A stretch of 64,000 nucleotides of DNA, from assembly GCA_963665145.1 (NCBI GenBank), contig OY762064.1, positions 1,588,239-1,652,238 on the forward strand. Reading direction: 5' to 3'. The DNA comes from Gammaproteobacteria bacterium. GTDB taxonomy: Bacteria; Pseudomonadota; Gammaproteobacteria; Steroidobacterales; Foliamicaceae. The notes beneath the pieces were generated by a model. That model was not told the origin of the DNA, ran no database searches, and worked only from the letters and a program-made list of their open reading frames with translations. Shown piece after piece: positions 19,034 through 27,861 of this stretch. The stretch's first letter is position 1, and each line of letters starts with the position of its first letter. The position numbers and the translations under genes are program-made.

Positions 19034-20206
19034 ATGCCCCAACGCCAGTACCGAGCCCTCACCAAGCGTATCGTGGACCGCCTTGCCGTCGACGGCAAGG
19101 ACGCGGTCTTCTGGGACCGGGAGCTGCCGGGCTACGGGGTCCGGGTCTATCCGTCAGGCGTCAAAGTATACGTGGTGCAAACCCGGTGCAACGGCAAGTC
19201 CAGGCGCGTGACGGTCGGCCGCCATGGCGAGATCGCGCCCGACCAGGCCCGCAAGGAGGCCGTGAAGATCATCGCGCGCATCAAGGCCGGATTGTCTCCG
19301 GTCGAGGCCGAACCGGCACCCCCGCCGACGGTCGCCGACCTCGCCGGGCGTTACCGGCGCGAGTACGTCGCAATGCACTGCAAGCCGAACACGGTGAAGC
19401 ACTACGGCCTGATGCTGGCCAAGCACATCGTGCCGGGCCTTGGGGAGTTCGAGGTGGCGGAGGTGGAGCGCAAGGACATCCTCAGGTTCCAGTTCGAGCT
19501 GAGCGACATGCCCACGGTCGCGAACCGGTGCGTGGACATCATGGTCAAGATGTTCTACTTGGCCGAACTCTGGGAGATGCGCCCGCCCGGCCGCAACCCC
19601 TGCAAGTCGGTGCGGCGCTACAAAGTGGCGCGGCACAAGGAGCGGTTCCTGACGCCGAAGGAACTGGCGCGGCTCGGCCGGGTGCTTGAGACCGCGCCCG
19701 CGGAGCGTCTGGCTTCCCGGCACTCTGCAGCGGCCATCCGGCTTTTGATCCTGACCGGGTGCCGGAGGAACGAGATCATGGGGCTGGCCTGGGACGATCT
19801 CGACTTCGAGGCCGGCGAGATGCGGCTGAGGGATAGCAAGACCGGCGGACGGGTGGTCCCGATGCCGCCGCCCGCTGCGGAGGTGCTGGCCGACCTGCCG
19901 GGGGTCGAGGACAATCCGTGGGTGTTTCCGGGGCGCAGGAAGGGCGCCCATCAGGTCAACATCAACGACTCCTGGGACCGCGTGCGCAAGCGCGCCCGCC
20001 TTGACGGGGTGCGGCTTCACGATCTGCGCCACACGTTCGCCTCCCGCGCGCTCGCGATCGGCGAGGGTTTGCCAATGATCGGCGCATTGCTCGGGCACCG
20101 CAAGATCGAGACGACCGCGCGCTACGCGCATCTGGCCCGCGAATCCATCCAGGCGTCCACCGCCAAGGTCGCCGACAGCATCGGTGCGGACATCCTGGCG
20201 GACTGA
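19034..20206 (+). CDS. tyrosine integrase 1 (P4-type with N-terminal arm-binding/DUF4102-like domain)
   Basis: ATG 19034. The N-terminus reads DAVFWDRELPGYGVRVYPSGVKVYVVQTR. The catalytic set is intact (LTGCRRNE, HDLRHTFAS, LGHRKIETTARYAHL). Confidence 0.9.
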   Translation: MPQRQYRALTKRIVDRLAVDGKDAVFWDRELPGYGVRVYPSGVKVYVVQTRCNGKSRRVTVGRHGEIAPDQARKEAVKIIARIKAGLSPVEAEPAPPPTVADLAGRYRREYVAMHCKPNTVKHYGLMLAKHIVPGLGEFEVAEVERKDILRFQFELSDMPTVANRCVDIMVKMFYLAELWEMRPPGRNPCKSVRRYKVARHKERFLTPKELARLGRVLETAPAERLASRHSAAAIRLLILTGCRRNEIMGLAWDDLDFEAGEMRLRDSKTGGRVVPMPPPAAEVLADLPGVEDNPWVFPGRRKGAHQVNINDSWDRVRKRARLDGVRLHDLRHTFASRALAIGEGLPMIGALLGHRKIETTARYAHLARESIQASTAKVADSIGADILAD

Positions 20207-20209
20207 CTC

Positions 20210-21415
20210 ATGGCGAAGCTCGCACGCAGGTCCATTTCCAGACGCACGGTGGAGTCGCTGCCGGTCGGCGAGCGCGAGGCGGTCTACTGGGATTCGGCGC
20301 TCTCGGGGTTCGGAGTGAGGGTTTACCCCTCAGGTTCGAAGGTCTACCTGGTTCAGACCCGCGCGGGCGGCACATCCCGGCGGCTGGCCGTGGGACGGCA
20401 CGGACTGATTACGGCGGAGCAGGCGCGGCGCAAGGCGGCCCAGCTCATCGCGGACATCAAGGCCGGCAACCAGCCCGACCTGCACAACGGAGCCGGGCGG
20501 GTGGACGCCGGGCCCAGGCTGACCGAGGTTGCGGAGCGGTTCATGACCGAGCATGTCGCGGTGCGCTGCAAACCCACCACGGCCCGGCATTGCCGAAACA
20601 TCCTCGACCGTCACCTGCTGCCGGCGCTGGGCGGCGTTCGCCTTGGAGCCATCGGGCGCGAGCGCGTGGCGTCGCTGCACTACAGCCTGCACAAGACGCC
20701 CGTCATGGCGAACAAGGTGGTGGACCTGCTCTCGCGGCTGTTCAACATGGCCGAGCTTTGGGGGATCGCGCCCGAGGGCGGCAATCCCTGCCGCTTCGTG
20801 CGCAAGTACAAGGAGCGCCCGCGGGAGCGCTTCCTCACCGACGAGGAGTTCCAGCGCCTCGGCCGTGTGCTGGGCGAAGTCGAGGCCGAGGGCAAGGTGC
20901 ATTCCAGTGCGGTCGCGGCGTTACGGCTGCTGATGCTGACCGGGTGCCGCAAGAGCGAGATCCTGACGCTGCGCTGGGAGGACGTGGATCTGGAGGCCGG
21001 GGAGCTTCGGCTGCCGGATGCCAAGACGGGCGCGCGGTCGGTGGCGATATCCCCGTCGGCGCGCCGCGTGCTCGCGGGGTTGCGGCGCCTGCCGGACAAT
21101 CCCTGGGTCATTACCGGCACCAGGCCCGGCCGGCATTTCCGCAATCTCAACAGCACCTGGCTCGTAATCCGGGACCGCGCGAAGCTGAACGACGTGCGCA
21201 TTCACGATCTGAGGCACAGCTTCGCGTCGCGCGCCCTGGCGCTGGGTGAGAGCCTGCCGATGATCGGCAAGCTGCTCGGACACCGAAAAGTGCAGACCAC
21301 GGCGCGTTACGCGCACCTGGCGCGGGACTCGGTGAAGGCGTCGGCGGCGCGCGTGGCCGAGAGCCTGCGGGCGGATCTCGCCGGCCGGACCGATACCGCG
21401 CCTTCCGGCCCATAA
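20210..21415 (+). CDS. tyrosine integrase 2 (paralogue of integrase 1, 3 nt downstream)
   Basis: 401 aa with the same architecture: AVYWDSALSGFGVRVYPSGSKVYLVQTR, LTGCRKSE, HDLRHSFAS, LGHRKVQTTARYAHL. Confidence 0.9.
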   Translation: MAKLARRSISRRTVESLPVGEREAVYWDSALSGFGVRVYPSGSKVYLVQTRAGGTSRRLAVGRHGLITAEQARRKAAQLIADIKAGNQPDLHNGAGRVDAGPRLTEVAERFMTEHVAVRCKPTTARHCRNILDRHLLPALGGVRLGAIGRERVASLHYSLHKTPVMANKVVDLLSRLFNMAELWGIAPEGGNPCRFVRKYKERPRERFLTDEEFQRLGRVLGEVEAEGKVHSSAVAALRLLMLTGCRKSEILTLRWEDVDLEAGELRLPDAKTGARSVAISPSARRVLAGLRRLPDNPWVITGTRPGRHFRNLNSTWLVIRDRAKLNDVRIHDLRHSFASRALALGESLPMIGKLLGHRKVQTTARYAHLARDSVKASAARVAESLRADLAGRTDTAPSGP

Positions 21416-21685
21416 GCGCCGCCGCCGAACGGCGATTCCAACGCGGTCCCCTGGCCACCGCAAGCCCACACGCATTACGCTTGACGTAAGCCTCCTGCGC
21501 CGCTGACGAGCGGCGCTTCGCCGGCCCGCAATCCCCGCACGCCGAGGCGGCGCTCATGGGCGATTTTCGCCGCCTGCCGGCCTTGCGCCACGGAGAGCAG
21601 AGTCTGGCCGGGAGCCGGGCGGCGTGCGGCGCTCCGGGAGAGGGGCGCAGCCGCCGTTCCCTTTCACCGGACCCGGAGGAGCACC

Positions 21686-22012
21686 ATGCAGGCGGCACTC
21701 GCACCGCGCGGCGACGCGCGCACCTATCTCACTCACTTTGTCGGCGACGGCCTGGAAGACGACCGGTACGTCGTGGAGACGTACCGATCCCTCGCCAATG
21801 GCGAGATTATTCCCGTCCATGCCGACGGTTCCAGGCCCAGGGGCCGACGCAAGGCGCTGGGCCGGATCCTGCCCTTGAAGGCCGTGGAGAAGCTGCGCCC
21901 GGCGCGCGACGAGATCATCATCGCGACCGGGGTGACGTTGCGCAATTGTGGGCTACAAAGGTGGGGTTGGCGCGCCCTGTCAATTTTCGTCGAGCGGCGC
22001 CAGAAGGGCTGA
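21686..22012 (+). CDS. conserved hypothetical protein (108 aa), module gene 1
   Basis: It has a paralogue at 47062..47388 of identical length, with the shared blocks MQAxLAPRGDARTxLTHFVG and LKAVEKLRPARDEIIIATG. GGAG lies upstream. Confidence 0.55.
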   Translation: MQAALAPRGDARTYLTHFVGDGLEDDRYVVETYRSLANGEIIPVHADGSRPRGRRKALGRILPLKAVEKLRPARDEIIIATGVTLRNCGLQRWGWRALSIFVERRQKG

Positions 22013-22096
22013 CGCACGCGCCCTGGGACGTCCTGCCGTCGCAGGGACGGCCGTACATCTCCCCGACCGATCGGTACTGCAATTGGAGGCGCCATC

Positions 22097-23107
22097 ATGC
22101 CCATCAGCGATCCCGATATCCGCAAGGCGAGCGACCGCGAGCGGTTCCGGAGGCGGATCGAACAGCGCAAGGCGCTGGGATTGTGTCCCCGCTGTGGAGT
22201 CCGGCCTCCGGCTTCCGGGCTGAGCCTGTGCGATCCCTGTTCCGAAAAGCGCAGGGCCTCGGAGCGGGCCCGCGACGCCCGGAGGCGGGCCGCCGGCATC
22301 CAGCGCCCCCGCAACGTCGCCGCCGAACGGGCGAGAGACCGGCAGCGGACCGCCGAGCGGATCGCGCGGGGGGTCTGCACGAAGTGCGGCGCCTGCCGGC
22401 CCGAGCCCGGCCGCCGGCTGTGCGAGGCGTGTTCAGAAAAGCGCCGCGAGTACGACCGCACCCGATACGCCGAAGCTCGCGACCGGGGGGAACTCTACGG
22501 CGGCAAGAACCCTGAGGCCAAACGCAAGGCCGGGCGGGCCGCCAGCGCCCGGCGCCGTCGTAACCGGATCGCCGCCGGGCGCTGCACGCGCTGCGGACAG
22601 GGGTCCGCGCCGGAGGGGAGCACAGTCTGCGTATCTTGTCTCGAAGCCCGCCGGGTCGCGGAGCGGGAACGATACCGCGCCCGCCGCGCCAAGGGCCTTT
22701 GCGTGATCTGCGGGCAGACGGCCTTTGCGGGCGAGGCCCGCTGCGGGGTCTGCGCTACCGTCGAGCGCGAGCGGCGCGACAGGAGCACCAAGAACGCCCG
22801 CAGCCGGCAGCGGTATTGGGAACGGCGGGCCGCCCACCGCTGCACGGACTGCAACCAGCCGAGCTTCGGGGCATCGAGGTGTCCAGAGTGCGCGAAGCGC
22901 TCGTACGAGCGCTCCGATCACGTGCGCGGGATGCCGGTGTATCCGCCGAGCTTCGCCGTGATCCTCGTCGAGACCGAGGAGTGTCTGGCGACTTTCGACG
23001 ACGAGATGGACGCGGCCGCGTTCATCGCGTTCGAGAACCTGTCCAGGCACGAGGTTGAGGTGGTCCGCGACGCCCACCCGCTTGCGACCCTCGTCGGCTG
23101 GGAATGA
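22097..23107 (+). CDS. five-fold tandem zinc-ribbon (CxxC-N-CxxC) repeat protein, module gene 2
   Basis: 336 aa. The five units are CPRCG..CDPC, CTKCG..CEAC, CTRCG..CVSC, CVICG..CGVC and CTDCN..CPEC, each followed by an Arg-rich helix. A paralogue lies at 47474..48490. Confidence 0.6.
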   Translation: MPISDPDIRKASDRERFRRRIEQRKALGLCPRCGVRPPASGLSLCDPCSEKRRASERARDARRRAAGIQRPRNVAAERARDRQRTAERIARGVCTKCGACRPEPGRRLCEACSEKRREYDRTRYAEARDRGELYGGKNPEAKRKAGRAASARRRRNRIAAGRCTRCGQGSAPEGSTVCVSCLEARRVAERERYRARRAKGLCVICGQTAFAGEARCGVCATVERERRDRSTKNARSRQRYWERRAAHRCTDCNQPSFGASRCPECAKRSYERSDHVRGMPVYPPSFAVILVETEECLATFDDEMDAAAFIAFENLSRHEVEVVRDAHPLATLVGWE

Positions 23108-23236
23108 CGCGGCCGGCCCGGCACAGTCCGCGCCGCCGTGCGCGGTTTAAGACGTCTGGCCGTCCCGCCGCCCGCAGCGGTCGCCTTGCTCCACGCGGAT
23201 ACGGATGGCCGACCAGCCGGGTGCAGGCGCAGGAAC

Positions 23237-23437
23237 ATGCCGATGATGTTCGATACTCTGCCGGCCGAGGTCGATTTTGTGTGGGTCGCCAAGTCCCTGC
23301 CCGGGGGCGTACTGCATCGCATCGCCACCGCTGCCGAGGGCCTGGACTGTTCCATCCGCGCCGCGATGATCGCGGTGATCCTCAGCAATGCGCTATGCCT
23401 CGGCGACCGCCTGGGCTTCAGGCTCGGCCAATGCTGA
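23237..23437 (+). CDS. possible small protein (66 aa) present only in module copy 1
   Basis: Internal ATG of ORF 23138..23437. Third-position GC bias looks coding. It lies in a roughly 490-bp segment absent from copy 2. No family was recognised. Confidence 0.3.
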   Translation: MPMMFDTLPAEVDFVWVAKSLPGGVLHRIATAAEGLDCSIRAAMIAVILSNALCLGDRLGFRLGQC

Positions 23438-23640
23438 GACGCCGGGGTGGTGCTGGCCGCCCGGGGGCGGCACCAGCCTGGGCGGTGACCGTTGCCGCGA
23501 ACGGAATCGCCGGCGGCCGGCTGACCCGTAGCGTCTCCTACCTGCCGCTGGCGTTGCCGCCGCATTTCCTTCTCCGCGCGGCGCGGGCAATCCCGCCCTC
23601 GGTCCCACGCCGCCACTGTCCCCGGAGGGCGAGTTTCGCG

Positions 23641-23679
23641 CGTGCCGGGCGAACGCCCGGAAGAGGAGAGGGAGAAGGG
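23641..23679 (+). promoter_or_regulatory. conserved leader element A (GC hairpin CCGGGCGAACGCCCGG + polypurine AGAGGAGAGGGAGAAGGG)
   Basis: The same element recurs at 48537-48575 and in part at 49465-49495. Each copy ends 37-39 nt before the ATG of a small ORF. Confidence 0.35.
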
Positions 23680-23718
23680 CTCCCCCCGTCCCGGGCGCGA
23701 TCACCAAAGGAGACTTGC

Positions 23719-23895
23719 ATGTACGCACCCGACACCGACTACGACCCCATCCCCGCAGACACCGGGCAATTGCTGAGCGACCTCGGCATTGACATCAACG
23801 CCGTGCGCGAGACCCTCGCCGACGACGTGGCGCGGTACTGTCCCGACCGCGAGGTCGCCGAGACCGGGAGTTGGAGGGAAGCCAGAGAAGGATGA
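23719..23895 (+). CDS. conserved small protein (58 aa), module gene 3
   Basis: AAAGGAGA lies before the ATG at 23719. The paralogue at 48613..48789 shares PDTDYDPIPAxTGQLLxDLGIDxNAVRETLADD...SWREAREG. Confidence 0.5.
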   Translation: MYAPDTDYDPIPADTGQLLSDLGIDINAVRETLADDVARYCPDREVAETGSWREAREG

Positions 23896-23975
23896 ACGGA
23901 CGAGGGGCCGGAGAGAGACTCCGGTTCCCGGCCGTTCGCATACCCATCACATCAATTAGCAGAAGGAGAATCAAC

Positions 23976-24437
23976 ATGAGCTTTGGACTCAACCGCGCAG
24001 AAGTCATCGGCCGCCTCGGCGCCGACGTAACCGTCAATCACCTGACCTCGGGGGGCCGTGTCGCAAATCTCAGCATCGCCACCGACGAGAGCTACCTCGA
24101 TCGCACTTCCGGCGAGCGCGTCGACCGCACCGAGTGGCACCGTGCCGTGACGTTCCAACCTGGGCTGGTGGACATGCTGGTCAAGAACGCCAGGAAGGGC
24201 CGGCTGGTCTATGTCGCGGGCAAGATGCAGACCCGTCGCTGGCGCAAGGAGGGAGAAGACTCCGACCGGTTCTCGACCGAGATCCTGCTGGTCCCCGGTT
24301 CCCGGATCCAGTTCCTGGATCGGCCGGGTACCGTCAACGGCAACGGCGCGCAGGCCGCGCCCGAGGCGGCGGCTACAGATTCGGCCGGGACGGACGGCGG
24401 CGACGCCGATCCGAACATGAACCAGATCCCGTTTTGA
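23976..24437 (+). CDS. ssb: single-stranded DNA-binding protein
   Basis: GAAGGAGA lies before the ATG at 23976. OB-fold signature: NRAEVIGRLGADV..., TEWHRAVTF, QTRRWRKEGEDSDRFSTEI. It has a Gly/Ala-rich tail ending in the acidic tip ..DPNMNQIPF. Confidence 0.85.
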   Translation: MSFGLNRAEVIGRLGADVTVNHLTSGGRVANLSIATDESYLDRTSGERVDRTEWHRAVTFQPGLVDMLVKNARKGRLVYVAGKMQTRRWRKEGEDSDRFSTEILLVPGSRIQFLDRPGTVNGNGAQAAPEAAATDSAGTDGGDADPNMNQIPF

Positions 24438-24463
24438 GGCTGCGCCTCTCCCGTCCCCGGAAA

Positions 24464-24496
24464 GGGCTGGTGTTTCGTCACCAGCCCTTTTCTTTT
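24464..24496 (+). terminator. Rho-independent terminator after ssb copy 1
   Basis: GGGCTGGTG-tttcgt-CACCAGCCC is a perfect 9-bp stem followed by TTTTCTTTT. Confidence 0.75.
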
Positions 24497-24791
24497 GTAG
24501 CGGAACAGGAGTCCTTCCACTCCGGAACTGCAAGTGCCCCTCGCCAGCGCGGTGCCAGCGGAACCGGCCAGGGGAGGCTGTGCCCAGCCCAAACAATAGC
24601 TCCTCCCGTCTCATGCCCATCGTCCCACACGGGCTCACTGCGCCAACCCCTTACGGGGTCCTCCACTTCGTTGCGGCCGCTTCGCGGTGACTCCGTTGCG
24701 CGCGCGTGAACCAATAGGCATAAGCCGGGATGCGCTTCCGGCGATAAGGGCCAATCGGCTTAACTCTCAACTTCATCAAGGAGACACTCTG

Positions 24792-25718
24792 ATGTTCGAT
24801 ATCGATTCCATGCACACCCAACAAGCACAATCCCCCACCGCAGTGATCTGCGAGAACGCGGCGCTCTACGGAGTCACGCCCGAACGCGATGAGTTCGACC
24901 CCAGGGACATCTGGGACCGCGACGAGGCCGTAACGGCGATCGGCGAAGCGTTCCGCATCCTCGCAGAGAACGTCACACCGGACGGCGTCCAGCTCGCCGA
25001 CGAACGAGAACACCTGCTCTGGGGGTTCGTGAACACCCTCAACGCCCAGGTGAGAAGACTCGACCGCCGCATCGATAAACTCACGCCCAAAATGCGCGAC
25101 CTGCAGAACGCGCAGGACGGCTCCGAAGTCAAGGCCCGCGAACTCGAACTCACCACCGACCGCGCACGCCACCTCGGCGACCGCCGCGACGCGTTCGAGA
25201 CCCTGCGGGATACAGTGGCCGAACAGTACCGCAACGCGACCGGCAGCACCTGGCGTCCGCGGCGCGGCAGCCACACCAGCCAGACCCGCAAGCTCACCTC
25301 GGCGGCGATCGACGCCCGCGACTTCCAGCGCGCACGCAAGGACCGCGAGATGCAGGCGCACCTGCCCGAGGGCACCCTGATCGCCGTCACCGGCGGCAAG
25401 CACCTCAAGGACTGCAACGCCGTCGCCCGCAGCCTGGAGAAGGTCCGCGCCAAGTACAACGACATGGTGCTGGTGCATGGCGGCGGCCCCGGCGTCGAGA
25501 AGATCGCTGCTCAGTGGGCCGAACGCAACGAAGTGCACCAGATCGTGTGCAAGCCGGACTGGAACCGTCACGGACGGGCCGCACCGTTCCGCCGCAACGA
25601 CGAGCTGCTGAATCTCCTGCCGAAGGGCGTCATTGCTTTCCCCGGCAGTGGGATTACCGACAACCTCATCGACAAGGCCGAGTCATTGGGCATCCCGGTG
25701 ATGCGGGCCGCTGCGTAG
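24792..25718 (+). CDS. fusion protein: N-terminal helical/coiled-coil domain + C-terminal DUF2493 (SLOG/YspA-like) domain, module gene 5
   Basis: ATG 24792. The C-terminal 110 aa (LVHGGGPGVEKIAAQWAERNEVHQIVCKPDWNRHGRAAPFRRNDELL..VIAFPGSGITDNLIDKA) match my memory of DUF2493 proteins of ICEs. A paralogue lies at 50049..50966. Confidence 0.7.
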   Translation: MFDIDSMHTQQAQSPTAVICENAALYGVTPERDEFDPRDIWDRDEAVTAIGEAFRILAENVTPDGVQLADEREHLLWGFVNTLNAQVRRLDRRIDKLTPKMRDLQNAQDGSEVKARELELTTDRARHLGDRRDAFETLRDTVAEQYRNATGSTWRPRRGSHTSQTRKLTSAAIDARDFQRARKDREMQAHLPEGTLIAVTGGKHLKDCNAVARSLEKVRAKYNDMVLVHGGGPGVEKIAAQWAERNEVHQIVCKPDWNRHGRAAPFRRNDELLNLLPKGVIAFPGSGITDNLIDKAESLGIPVMRAAA

Positions 25719-26513
25719 CAGCCAGCGCGGCAACGGGTCGCGTCGTTCCACCGGCGCGGCCCGTTCCGTTCCTTCGACACGAACCGCTACGGTGGCGCGA
25801 TCAACGCCGCGCCGACGACCTGCAATGCCCGCTGCGCGTGGCCCTGCACTTGCGCCATCAGTTCGTGCCGTGCCCGCCGTCACCGCGTCGGCCTCGCTCG
25901 TCCTCGCCGGCTGCGCCGGCATCGGCCATCGCCTCGGCGCATTGCCGATGCGCTTCGTGCGGATGCCGGCGCCGGCTTCGCCGTGCACCGGATCGCGCAC
26001 GTTCCTCCGCACAGGTGCGGACGGCAGTGACGGTCCCGGTGCGCACCGGCCTGTGCACCTCGCCATGCACTCGTGTCCGGCCAAGTGCACACGCCATCGC
26101 TGCCTGGCCGTGCACCGCCTTCGGCGTCACGGCCAGCGAGACTGAGACGGCCAGTGCGGCCGGCCCGCCGTTCTCGCCAGCCCGCAACGCGGAATCCGCC
26201 GCAGATATCCTGAAAGTGTCTGGTAATACGCGGTGAGCGGGACGTACTACACCGTACTACGCCCCGGTTCTCCAGAGAACCGCCGATGCTCCCAGAGCAT
26301 CATTGCCGCCTTGCCCGCGCTGGAGACGCCACGTCCGCTTCCTGGATTGAAACCCGGATCCGAGCGCCGGTTCGCGGCCCGAAGCCCAAATAGGCTCCGC
26401 CCTATCCCGACTGCTCAAGCGCCGCTTGGGCTAAACCGTTGAGTCACAACGGCTTCCCATTTCCATCGGTTGAACTTCTCCCTTGAATCCCCTCTCGACG
26501 GCGGAGCCGGATC

Positions 26514-26531
26514 ACCGTCACACCCCACGCA
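26514..26531 (+). repeat. 18-bp exact direct repeat ACCGTCACACCCCACGCA (left copy)
   Basis: The identical 18-mer occurs at 51680-51697. The flanks diverge on both sides apart from a short CGGAG 4-5 nt upstream. Confidence 0.9.
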
Positions 26532-26721
26532 CCGATGGTGCAGTGAGCGAGACCCCACGGGCCTGCGCTCTTCGGAAGATTTCCGTTATATGTCAGCAGG
26601 ATAGACCGAGTTCGGCCTATCGCCGCGATCCGCCGCGCGGGGCGCGTTGCCTGTTCAAAGCCGCCGTTTTGTTCCCTTGAGACGAACGGCGCCCGAGGAA
26701 ACAGACAACGGAGACACGCTC

Positions 26722-27861
26722 ATGCACATTCAAGCCACTATCAACGAGCGGACGCTTCGCCGTACATTCCGGGAGAAAAAACCCGGACGGTACGGCCTGA
26801 TCGTCATCGACCGGGACCTGCCCGCCTTCGGTTTCACGGTCGCAAAGAACGGAACAAAGACCTTCTTCGTCCGAGCTCCACGCCCGGTCGGCGCACCGAA
26901 AACCATCCTCGGCACGGCCGACGACATAACCGCCGCCGAGGCCCGCGAGATGGCCGTCGCCACCATCGCGCCCGCCAAGGCCGAGCGCGAGACCGGCCCG
27001 CGGTTCGCCGACTTCGTCGACGAGTTCATGCGCCGCCAGGCGCGGCTCTGGAAGCCGTCCACCCGCCAGTGCAACCGCCACCTGCTCGACCGCTACCTCC
27101 TGCCGTTCTTCGGCGCGATGCCTGTCGCAAAGATCGGCCGCGCCGATGTGCGCCGCTGGTTCGATTCCCTGAGCGCCACGCCCGCCAGCGCCAACCGGGC
27201 CCTGCCGGTGCTGTCGGTGATGATGCGCCAGGCGGAACTGTGGGATTTCCGGCCCCAGGGCTCCAATCCCTGCCGCAACATGCACCGCTACAAGACCGCG
27301 CCGCGCGAGCGGTTCCTTTCGGTCGAGGAACTCAAGCGCCTCGGGTTCGTGCTCGACCATGCCGATGACAGTCAGGCAGCCGCCGCGATCCGGCTGCTGC
27401 TGTTCACCGGCGCGCGGTTGTCGGAAATCACGGCGCTGCGGTGGGACTGGATACGCGGCACTCGCGCGGTGCTCCCGGACTCCAAGACCGGGCCGAAAGC
27501 GATCCAGCTTCCGCCGCCCGCCAGGGCGGTGCTGAACGCTCTGCCGCGTGACAGTGAATATGTGTTCCCGAATCCGGCGGGCGACGCTCCCATGAAGAAC
27601 CTCGGGTACCGCTGGTTGAAGCTGCGCGATCTCACCGGACTGGACGATGTGCGCATCCACGACTGCCGGCATACGTTCGCCTCCCACGCCGTCATGAGCG
27701 GCCTCGACCTCTATACCGTCGGAAGGCTGCTGGGTCACGCCGACATCGCCTCGACCGAGCGTTACGCCCATCTGGCCGACGAGCACATCCGCGCCGCGGC
27801 GGGGCGCATCTCCGGCATCGTCCACGGGGCCATGACCGGCAGCGCCAAGGAGGGAAAATGA
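26722..27861 (+). CDS. tyrosine integrase 3
   Basis: ATG 26722 after AACGGAGA. Motifs: LFTGARLSE, HDCRHTFASH, LGHADIASTERYAHL. Confidence 0.9.
   Translation: MHIQATINERTLRRTFREKKPGRYGLIVIDRDLPAFGFTVAKNGTKTFFVRAPRPVGAPKTILGTADDITAAEAREMAVATIAPAKAERETGPRFADFVDEFMRRQARLWKPSTRQCNRHLLDRYLLPFFGAMPVAKIGRADVRRWFDSLSATPASANRALPVLSVMMRQAELWDFRPQGSNPCRNMHRYKTAPRERFLSVEELKRLGFVLDHADDSQAAAAIRLLLFTGARLSEITALRWDWIRGTRAVLPDSKTGPKAIQLPPPARAVLNALPRDSEYVFPNPAGDAPMKNLGYRWLKLRDLTGLDDVRIHDCRHTFASHAVMSGLDLYTVGRLLGHADIASTERYAHLADEHIRAAAGRISGIVHGAMTGSAKEGK

Larger units (their letters stand above)
21480..25720 (+). repeat. copy 1 of a diverged, about 4-kb, five-gene conserved island module (paralogous to 46880-50970)
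   Basis: Collinear gene-for-gene similarity with copy 2 is visible at protein and nucleotide level, including intergenic leaders. The boundaries are approximate. Confidence 0.8.

Noticed and set aside
25720-26230. Several overlapping 70-240-aa ORFs on both strands after the DUF2493 gene, and the equivalent region 50970-51540 after copy 2
   Set aside because: The translations are extremely Arg/Cys/Pro-rich, mutually overlapping and not conserved between the two module copies by eye. I treat these regions as non-coding or undetermined.
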